From assembly GCA_030615175.1 (NCBI GenBank), contig JAUWZX010000001.1, positions 588,044 to 652,043 of the forward strand: 64,000 bases of DNA. Direction: 5' to 3'. The translations under genes were made by a program, and so were the position numbers. The DNA is from Candidatus Parvarchaeota archaeon (GTDB lineage: Archaea > Nanobdellota > Nanobdellia > WJKC01). The stretch's first letter is position 1; every line of letters starts with the position of its first letter. Shown here in pieces: positions 54,965 to 61,516 of the stretch. Below the pieces are notes generated by a model. That model saw nothing but the letters and a program-made list of their open reading frames with translations. It was not told where the DNA came from and searched no databases.

Positions 54965-55266
54965 TTATGTTAGAGCCCAGATTCCTAAAATTATCAGAGA
55001 TTAATGAGGTTAATTATAATAAGTCAAGCATTGAGCGAGCCAAGACCTTAACTGTTGATAAGTTATACGCGACTAAGAAGCATGTTGCGTACGTAGTCCG
55101 CGACTTATTCAAGGGCAGCGAGCACGTAGTCATTTACAAAAGTGAGAAGGAGCCTCCTTTTGACTGGGCATGCGACTGCAAGTGGTATACTGCTCGAGCC
55201 ATTAATACCGGGCGTTACTGCGCTCACGTACTGGCAGTTCACATTAAGAAGAAAGGATATAAGTGA
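54961..55266 (+). CDS. SWIM zinc-finger protein
   Basis: GTG start overlapping the upstream stop (GTGA). CDCKWYTARAINTGRYCAH fits CxCx(n)CxH. Confidence 0.6.
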   Translation: MIMLEPRFLKLSEINEVNYNKSSIERAKTLTVDKLYATKKHVAYVVRDLFKGSEHVVIYKSEKEPPFDWACDCKWYTARAINTGRYCAHVLAVHIKKKGYK

Positions 55267-55278
55267 ATGTTCGGTTAA

Positions 55279-55851
55279 TCACATTTTTTGAAAATATTCT
55301 TCAGCCTTTTTAATTAATCTTTTTAAGCATTTCTTGCCTGTAATTGTTTTAAATAATGGTGCTCTAACTTCTTTTTGGAATTTCATAAATTTTGAGTAGT
55401 TTTCTTTATTAAATGTTGGAGTTACATTTTCAACATCTAGTTTTGATAAATTATCTGCTTCAAATACTAGTTGTCTTTCATGAGTATCTAGTCCTTCTAA
55501 GTCATCATGATGTTTAATTAAATTTGTGATTATTTTTATTTCTTCACTTGAGAACTCTTTAAATTTCTTTAATACTTCTTCAGCTATTTTTGTCCCTTTC
55601 TCTGCGTGCATTGCTTTGTGTTTTTTTACTGTTCCAAAATTATATCCTTTCTTTATGTTTGGATATCCTGTATCATGCAAGTACATTGTTGTTATTAGGA
55701 TTTTTTCATTACCGCCTTCATGTTTTATTAGTTTTTTCATCCATTCTACAGAATTAAGTGTGTGTGGAATATCCCAACCTGTTCTTCCTTTTTCTAGTTG
55801 TTTTAATGCTGCTTCCCTTAATTTTTTCTCTAATTCAAGACTAAGTTTCAT
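55279..55851 (-). CDS. HD-domain protein
   Basis: 190 aa. ..TMYLHDTGY.., ..KAMHAEKG.., ..IKHHDDLEG... Confidence 0.65.
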   Translation of the reverse strand: MKLSLELEKKLREAALKQLEKGRTGWDIPHTLNSVEWMKKLIKHEGGNEKILITTMYLHDTGYPNIKKGYNFGTVKKHKAMHAEKGTKIAEEVLKKFKEFSSEEIKIITNLIKHHDDLEGLDTHERQLVFEADNLSKLDVENVTPTFNKENYSKFMKFQKEVRAPLFKTITGKKCLKRLIKKAEEYFQKM

Positions 55852-56061
55852 TTGATGATTTTTAATGAATTAATACTTATAAAATCAGCTATCTTAAATA
55901 TGCTGTAACAACCGGTCAAGCAGTTCGCAGAATCACGTGGTAGCCGAAGCCAAAATCCTAAATCAGTCCTTTTTGGGCATAAATTAATAGTTTTTTCTTC
56001 ACATACTACCTATTCCAAATATTATACTGGCAGTTCACTTAAAAGGGAAGGAGTAAGAACA

Positions 56062-56069
56062 TTTATAAA
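56062..56069 (+). promoter_or_regulatory. BRE/TATA-like element
   Basis: GAACATTTATAAAA sits 25 nt upstream of ATG 56095. Confidence 0.45.
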
Positions 56070-56094
56070 ATCATTAACGCATTCCTTATCTTTA

Positions 56095-56400
56095 ATGATT
56101 TTTTATCTTGGACTCCTAGACTTAATCACTGGCTTCTGCAGTTTATTATCATTTAATCTGGGCATTATTGCAGGCATTACTGGAGCCTTATTAACAATGC
56201 TCTTATTTAAGGGTTTGTGGAGTGTTTACACTGGCAGGACCTGTTTTCCAATTTTCGTTTTAGGCATTCTTGACTTAATCACTGCAGGAGCAGGATTATT
56301 ATTCATTAATTTTAAAGTATTATACAGCATTGCTTACTTATTCGCATTCATATTATTAGTTAAGGGACTCTGGACCACGTTCACAACACTGTTCAAGTAA
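56095..56400 (+). CDS. small membrane protein made of two homologous halves
   Basis: 101 aa. LGLLDLIT..LFKGLWSVYT (first half) against LGILDLIT..LVKGLWTTFT (second half). The 13-nt GACTTAATCACTG is shared at 56119..56131 and 56272..56284. Confidence 0.55.
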   Translation: MIFYLGLLDLITGFCSLLSFNLGIIAGITGALLTMLLFKGLWSVYTGRTCFPIFVLGILDLITAGAGLLFINFKVLYSIAYLFAFILLVKGLWTTFTTLFK

Positions 56401-56446
56401 AAACAGCAAACCTTAAAAGAAGAATACAGTTTTTATTTCTATTAAT

Positions 56447-56540
56447 GCCTCGGTAGCTCAGTTGGTCAGAGCGGTGGTCTTGTAAGAACCTTTTTTTTCA
56501 GGATAACCACAGGTCGCCGGTTCGAATCCGGTCCGGGGCT
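56447..56540 (+). tRNA. tRNA-Thr (anticodon UGU) with 20-nt intron at 37/38 (56485..56504)
   Basis: Acceptor GCCTCGG/CCGGGGC (one G-U), D arm GCTC-AGTTGGTCA-GAGC, anticodon stem GTGGT (56474-56478) / ACCAC (56506-56510), loop CT-TGT-A, T arm GCCGG-TTCGAAT-CCGGT, discriminator T. Confidence 0.85.
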
Positions 56541-56576
56541 TACTACCCTCGGTTCCAAATCCATAAGAGTTAGTTA

Positions 56577-56963
56577 TCATGACTTTTTTACTTCCTTTCC
56601 TTTTAGTTTTAATTCAGGGAGTTCGTGTATGCATTTTATTTCATTTTTTTGAAATCCTTCTAGAAACTCTTTAATCGTTATTGTCTTTCCCCCCCTGGAT
56701 TGAGGGTAAAAAGTAATTGGTTTATTATCTAAGAATATAACTAATTGAGGATAAAGGCGTTTACTCTTCTGTGTTTGTTTAATCCGGATTCTTTTTGATA
56801 CAGCTAAACTTAATAAAACGTTGAGTTTTAATTCTTGTTCTTCGCCTTGATTAATAATCCTTTTTTCATTAGTTAATTTTGAGTTAGATAGTAAAGAGGA
56901 AATCTGGTCGACTTCCGTGGATTTATAGTTTTCTCGAACATAAAAAACAGCGCGCACGTTCAT
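56577..56963 (-). CDS. hypothetical protein
   Basis: 128-aa ORF. No motif. Confidence 0.4.
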   Translation of the reverse strand: MNVRAVFYVRENYKSTEVDQISSLLSNSKLTNEKRIINQGEEQELKLNVLLSLAVSKRIRIKQTQKSKRLYPQLVIFLDNKPITFYPQSRGGKTITIKEFLEGFQKNEIKCIHELPELKLKGKEVKKS

Positions 56964-57015
56964 ACAAAATGTGAGTAAGAGGTTATTTAAATACCTTACC
57001 CTGCGGTAGTTTACA

Positions 57016-57522
57016 TTATAGTTGCGTATTAAACACTATTTTTATTCCTTTTATTTCCCCAAGTTTGAAGTTATGCTCCTCACGAAATAATCTTACTTCT
57101 TTTGACACTGCTCTTGCTATGTTTCTTCCGAGTATATTTTTAACAACCACATTAATTCCTTCTTCTGGAAGGGTAATTCCAAGAACAATAGTTCCTGTAT
57201 CTATTTGTTTACTAATTGTATCATCTTCTTCATACCATACTGGAATATGTGCTTCCTGAACCTTACCTTCTGTTGCTTTTTCAGTTAAAAAAGCTCCACC
57301 TCCTTTAGTTATTCTCCATCTTTTATCGGCTCCTAATACTGCAAAATTCTCATTTTGTAAATATTTTAGAATATTAGTTAGGGTATCTGATGAGAATTTA
57401 CCATATTTTAATAATTCTTTGACTCTCAACCCCGTAGGATATTTAGCAAGTAAGTCAAGAACTTTAAATTTTGTTGAATCATGTGGTGTATATTCATATT
57501 TTTTAACTTTTTTTATTGCCAT
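57016..57522 (-). CDS. winged-helix DNA-binding protein
   Basis: 168 aa. N-terminal ..FKVLDLLAKYPTGLRVKELLKYGKFSSDTLTNILKYLQNENFAV... Confidence 0.5.
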   Translation of the reverse strand: MAIKKVKKYEYTPHDSTKFKVLDLLAKYPTGLRVKELLKYGKFSSDTLTNILKYLQNENFAVLGADKRWRITKGGGAFLTEKATEGKVQEAHIPVWYEEDDTISKQIDTGTIVLGITLPEEGINVVVKNILGRNIARAVSKEVRLFREEHNFKLGEIKGIKIVFNTQL

Positions 57523-57560
57523 ACCTTATCAAAACCTCCGAAGTAAAAACTTCAATTTCG

Positions 57561-57590
57561 TGTTTTGTATTGTTTTGTATTGATTTGATA
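57561..57590 (+). promoter_or_regulatory. iteron-like 10-bp tandem repeats in divergent promoter region
   Basis: TGTTTTGTAT TGTTTTGTAT TGATTTGATA, between the divergent genes 57016..57522 (-) and 57617..57790 (+). Confidence 0.6.
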
Positions 57591-57616
57591 CTTATTAAAA
57601 TAATTATCGGTGAAAT

Positions 57617-57790
57617 ATGCCACATAGAGAAACGAGGAAAATTTTGAAAGCAGGTCAGCGAAGTTTTGCAGTGACTTTGCCAATAAGCTGGGTTAAATTC
57701 TTTAAATTAAAGGCAGGGGATGATGTTGAAGTAATTTCAAATGGACGAATAATAATCACGCCTAAGAAAAGTAAGGTGGAGAAGAAATGA
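57617..57790 (+). CDS. AbrB/SpoVT-family protein
   Basis: 57 aa. MPHRETRKILKAGQRSFAVTLPISWVKFFKLKAGDDVEVISNGRIIITPKK. Below the track cut-off. Confidence 0.6.
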   Translation: MPHRETRKILKAGQRSFAVTLPISWVKFFKLKAGDDVEVISNGRIIITPKKSKVEKK

Positions 57791-57912
57791 ATTTCAAGTC
57801 CTTCCAGAAATTGTATAAGTATTGTGAAGCACGTGCCAAGGAAGAATTAGAAGAGGAAGGCAAGCCTTCCCCGAGTCATGATAACGCCCCAAATAAGAGG
57901 CGAAAGTCATGA
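57787..57912 (+). CDS. 41-codon ORF
   Basis: ATGA overlaps with both neighbours (57787 and 57909). MNFKSFQKLYKYCEARAKEELEEEGKPSPSHDNAPNKRRKS. The coupling pattern suggests it is translated. Confidence 0.35.
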   Translation: MNFKSFQKLYKYCEARAKEELEEEGKPSPSHDNAPNKRRKS

Positions 57913-58151
57913 ACGCCGGGTGTTCTAAGGCGATTCCAATATTTAAAAACTACCCACGCCGAGAACGAGTGCTAAAAACCCTTGAAACCTTCGGGCCTGT
58001 GGGCGTTGACGTTTTACGAATCCTTCTTGGACTAACACGCTCTCAAGTATGGAAAATTTTAAAGTCGCTAGAAAGTCACTGCCAAGCCCAAGTCATCACA
58101 AAGAAGAAAGTAAGTTACTGGGGCGTTAATTCCGGAAAGGAGGTTAAGTGA
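57909..58151 (+). CDS. winged-helix protein
   Basis: 80 aa. ..RVLKTLETFGPVGVDVLRILLGLTRSQVWKILKSLESHCQAQVI... Confidence 0.5.
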   Translation: MNAGCSKAIPIFKNYPRRERVLKTLETFGPVGVDVLRILLGLTRSQVWKILKSLESHCQAQVITKKKVSYWGVNSGKEVK

Positions 58152-59767
58152 TGAATGACCGCCCTAAAAAGAAAGTGGAGTATACTAAAGAGCAAGTTAG
58201 CCTAGCAGTTTTAAAAGGTGATTTTAGAAAGGAACTCCATCCATTAACTGTTTGCGGCAGCTTAGTTGAACACCAACCACTATATTATGACAAGAACAAG
58301 CTTTGGTGGCTCTGGAATAAAAGACTATCCAAGTGGGAAATAATTGATGAAACAGACTTACTAAATTTAATAGCTGATGCTCTTGAATGGGGAGGAATAA
58401 TCAATTCAAGAACTAAAAATGAATACTTAACCGCGCTTCAAATGGTTGCTAGGAAGAATAAGCCGAAAGAAGCACCAGCCAATTGGATTCAATTCAGTAA
58501 TAAAATAGTTGACATTAAAACTGGTGAAGAATTCGAACCTAATTCAGAATACTTCTTCACTAATCCCTTGCCTTGGAGTTATAGTCCCCGCGCTGCAACG
58601 CCGACAATAGATAAATTATTTACTGACTGGGTGGGCGCTGAGCACGTGCAGGCACTTTATGAATTAGTTGCTTACTGCTTGCTCAGGGATTATCCTATTC
58701 AAAGAATATTCGCGTTAGTAGGGTCCGGCAGTAACGGTAAGGGTAGCTTCCTCCGATTATTAAGAAAATTCTTAGGGATTAATAATGTTTCCTCATCTGA
58801 ACTTGAAAGGTTATCTAAAGAACGATTTGAAAGCGTAAAACTGTATAAAAAATTACTATGCGAGATTGCTGAAACAAATGTTAATACCCTACGTTACACA
58901 AGTTTCCTTAAAAGAGCTTCTGGCGGTGACTTAATAGCAGCACAATTTAAAGGCAAACCATTATTTGACTTCGTAAACTACGCTAAACTAGTAATCTGCA
59001 CTAATTCATTACCCATGACACTTGATACAACTGACGGGTTCTACCGGCGCTTTAACATAATTGACTTCATTAATAAATTCCCTGACGGCGAAGAAATAAT
59101 TAATGTGATTAAAGACTCAGAGTACGCTAACTTAGCGCGTAAAAGCGTGGCCATACTAAAGAAATTATTAGAGAGGAAGGGTTTCATTAATGACGGGACC
59201 ATAGAATTCCGGAAAAGCAGGTACGAAGAGAAAAGTAATCCCATAAAGACATTCATTAATATTTTCTACCAGCGTGACCCTGAAGGTTATGCCATTAAAT
59301 ACGAGTTTAATGACTTGTTCTGGCAATTCTCAACTGATAATGGTTACAGGCATTTAAGCGCTAATGAGATAAATAAAGCGTTAAGGAGCATGGGTTATGA
59401 AGTTAAGGGTAAGAATGTGGGAGACAAGACAGTTAAGTGCGTTATTGGTTTAACAAAAGTTACCGAAATTACCAGTAATCCTACTCTTTCTTCTATATAT
59501 GAGAAAGTAAATAGAGATAGCGGTAATCTTGGTAATCTTGGTAACCCTAAAGAGTTTAGTGCTAGGAAAACCAAGAAACATGAGCAACAGGAGTTAGATA
59601 TAATTAAGTGTACGGGCGCCGAGCATTTCGGTAAGTGCAGCCAGTGCGAGAGGGATGATGTGTGGTTAGACCATGCCTTGAGTGAGGGGTTCGGCACTAG
59701 CGAGGAGAAATTCATTTGTGAAGACTGTGCTGGGGCACCTAACGATAATAAGGAGGGTTCTTCGTGA
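58148..59767 (+). CDS. phage/plasmid primase-helicase (P4/D5 family NTPase)
   Basis: 539 aa. Walker A VGSGSNGKGSF, ..LLCEIAET.. Walker B-like, ..LVICTNSLP.., ..RRFNIIDF... C-terminal Cys cluster CTGAEHFGKCSQC..FICEDC. Confidence 0.7.
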   Translation: MMNDRPKKKVEYTKEQVSLAVLKGDFRKELHPLTVCGSLVEHQPLYYDKNKLWWLWNKRLSKWEIIDETDLLNLIADALEWGGIINSRTKNEYLTALQMVARKNKPKEAPANWIQFSNKIVDIKTGEEFEPNSEYFFTNPLPWSYSPRAATPTIDKLFTDWVGAEHVQALYELVAYCLLRDYPIQRIFALVGSGSNGKGSFLRLLRKFLGINNVSSSELERLSKERFESVKLYKKLLCEIAETNVNTLRYTSFLKRASGGDLIAAQFKGKPLFDFVNYAKLVICTNSLPMTLDTTDGFYRRFNIIDFINKFPDGEEIINVIKDSEYANLARKSVAILKKLLERKGFINDGTIEFRKSRYEEKSNPIKTFINIFYQRDPEGYAIKYEFNDLFWQFSTDNGYRHLSANEINKALRSMGYEVKGKNVGDKTVKCVIGLTKVTEITSNPTLSSIYEKVNRDSGNLGNLGNPKEFSARKTKKHEQQELDIIKCTGAEHFGKCSQCERDDVWLDHALSEGFGTSEEKFICEDCAGAPNDNKEGSS

Positions 59768-59922
59768 ATAAGCGAGGCCGTCCCAGACTCAATCCAGAAC
59801 TCGTTAAAGCTGTTAAGGAAGAGTATGAGGGGGTTATAAGAATCAGTATTAGACAGTTAGCCAAGAAGTACCGCGTGTCTTACGGCAGCGCCTGGGCCGT
59901 ATGCAAAGGGCATTACAAATGA
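59764..59922 (+). CDS. small helix-turn-helix protein
   Basis: GTG start overlapping the primase stop (GTGA). VNKRGRPRLNPELVKAVKEEYEGVIRISIRQLAKKYRVSYGSAWAVCKGHYK. Below the track cut-off. Confidence 0.5.
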   Translation: MNKRGRPRLNPELVKAVKEEYEGVIRISIRQLAKKYRVSYGSAWAVCKGHYK

Positions 59923-59992
59923 AAAGGATTCGAAGCCTAGGCGTAAGAGTGCTTACTGGCAACGCTGGAGCAGTAACAGGTAACAGCAGTAG

Positions 59993-60041
59993 CAGTAAGT
60001 AGTACTGAAGGAAGTATAGGAAGGGGGGGGTACTACTACTG
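59993..60041. other. imperfect 12-bp hairpin with purine-rich 25-nt loop ending in G8
   Basis: CAGTAAGTAGTAC (59993..60005) pairs with GTACTACTACTG (60030..60041) with one bulged A. The loop TGAAGGAAGTATAGGAAGGGGGGGG contains a G8 run at 60023..60030. Confidence 0.6.
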
Positions 60042-60278
60042 TCATCATGTGACAACAGCCCTTACAGTGACTGTAATAGTATTGTAGTGATACCTGCAGT
60101 TGTAACAGTAGCGCCAGCAGCAGTCCTTATAATGCCCGCAGTGATGATGACAGTGACTGTAAGTAATGTCTGCTGTAGGCAAAAGATTTAAATACAGAGT
60201 TATTTAATAAATAATTGAGTTGTAGGTCTTAAGGTATGAGCCATAAGGCCGTTGCCTTAAGATTCGCCAATAACTCAC

Positions 60279-60298
60279 CTCCTGTCGCAAGACAGGAG
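60279..60298 (-). terminator. perfect 8-bp stem with GCAA tetraloop immediately after the stop of ORF 60299..60940
   Basis: CTCCTGTC-GCAA-GACAGGAG abuts the TAG (60299..60301 on minus). A second 8-bp inverted repeat, TCTTAAGG/CCTTAAGA, lies at 60227..60234 / 60255..60262. Confidence 0.5.
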
Positions 60299-60940
60299 CT
60301 ATTTTATTTTTCTAATAAAAAATTTTTTCCGATAAAACCGAGATTGTTTTTCTAGACAATAACCAAGGAACATATCAATAACTTGTATCTCTTTAGATTC
60401 TTTTATTGAAGAAGTTCTTCCATATAAATCTAAAATAAAACCATTAGGTTTTTTTATAGTCATTTTATATACTCTTCCTTCATGTCTGATAGTGGCTTCT
60501 TTATTTATTAATTTTAAAGAAAGTTGCATCATTAAATTTTTAATAAAGTGTTCAGTCCCATTTGGAAGATTCTTTATATTATAATCATTATCAACAATTA
60601 TCTGAACATTCCCTCTTTTAAATTTTAACCAAGGTTCGTAATGTTCAGAAATAATGTAAGGTACTTTTTTAAGGAAAAATTCTTTTCTTTCACATTTAGG
60701 TCTTCTTTCATGTTCAAATACATTAAAATTTAATTTGAAATCATTAACTAAATTATTAAAACCTTTTCTCGCCTTTCCCCTAACTTTTCTACTTATATTG
60801 TGCCAATGATATGGGGAATGTGTACCCGCCTTCATTAAAATTTTACCCATTGCTTTATAAAATTCATAGAGTTGCATGGAAGAACCAGAAACCACTCCAG
60901 TGTATCTCAATCCTTTAGCAGTATCAATAGCAATAAACAC
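60299..60940 (-). CDS. hypothetical protein
   Basis: 213-aa ORF (GTG start), very AT-rich. TATA-like TTATTTATAAATAAG sits upstream on the minus strand. No motif. Confidence 0.45.
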   Translation of the reverse strand: MFIAIDTAKGLRYTGVVSGSSMQLYEFYKAMGKILMKAGTHSPYHWHNISRKVRGKARKGFNNLVNDFKLNFNVFEHERRPKCERKEFFLKKVPYIISEHYEPWLKFKRGNVQIIVDNDYNIKNLPNGTEHFIKNLMMQLSLKLINKEATIRHEGRVYKMTIKKPNGFILDLYGRTSSIKESKEIQVIDMFLGYCLEKQSRFYRKKFFIRKIK

Positions 60941-61256
60941 AAGCAGTTTAAAGATTAACTTATTTATAAATAATCCCTCCCTACTATTTTCGGAGAACTC
61001 CGACTTCTATTTTATTAGGAAAACAATATTCTCGGAAACAAGAGTAATAATTAAGTGATTATTTAGTTCGCGCGCGGATTAAGTATTAAGTCAAGGGCGC
61101 GATGTGGTCGCACCAATAAGAATTTTGCACCCTTATCGAGTTTATTGAGAGAGTATTTTTTGATATAGCCCTAATTGCGTTTTATGGCGGTTCTGGAGGG
61201 TGGTTTTTGAAGAAGCAATCTTATTGTGTAAGATTTAGTGTTTTAGAGCAAAATTA

Positions 61257-61472
61257 TCAAAAAATCATTAGGAAAAAAGTTGGCTGGGATACATTCATTT
61301 TCTTCGCAGCCTCCTCCTGCTTTAACCCTAACGAGTCACTGAGCCTTACTGCCTCGAATTCATCAATTTTTAATTCAACTTCTTCAAGTTCTCTAATAGG
61401 CACGCCTGCAGGCTTGTAATAAGTAACTCCAGGACCAAACATTACTCTGCGCCTGATGCACGGCCTCGCCAT
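61257..61472 (-). CDS. DUF134/UPF0251-family protein, apparently short at the C-terminus
   Basis: MARPCIRRRVMFGPGVTYYKPAGVPIRELEEVELKIDEFEAVRLSDSLGLKQEEAAKKMNVSQPTF.. matches the DUF134 N-terminal pattern (CRR..P....FKP.G.P..L..V.L..DE.EA.RL.D..GL.QEEAA..M.VS..T). The ORF stops inside the expected HTH. Confidence 0.55.
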   Translation of the reverse strand: MARPCIRRRVMFGPGVTYYKPAGVPIRELEEVELKIDEFEAVRLSDSLGLKQEEAAKKMNVSQPTFFLMIF

Positions 61473-61516
61473 TGATTCTTATTAATTAATTACTAATACT
61501 TAAGAATTGCTTTTCT

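Larger units (their letters stand above)
56541..61080. mobile_element. plasmid/provirus-like replication module adjacent to tRNA-Thr (boundaries approximate)
   Basis: Begins directly 3' of a tRNA. Contains wHTH and AbrB regulators, iteron-like repeats, a P4/D5-type primase-helicase, a small HTH protein and a dyad-rich non-coding stretch. No integrase and no att repeat recognised. Confidence 0.4.

Noticed and set aside
56003-56562. TACTACC..TTCCAAAT similarity between 56003..56027 and the sequence just 3' of tRNA-Thr (56541..56562), considered as an att pair
   Set aside because: Only two short blocks (7 + 8 nt) with an indel, 540 bp apart and on the wrong side of the tRNA to bracket the element. 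Compatible with chance in AT-rich DNA.
59849-60055. 68-aa minus-strand ORF (TTG start)
   Set aside because: Overlaps the small HTH gene antisense and then runs through the repeat-rich region. Its Leu-run translation looks like a low-complexity artefact.
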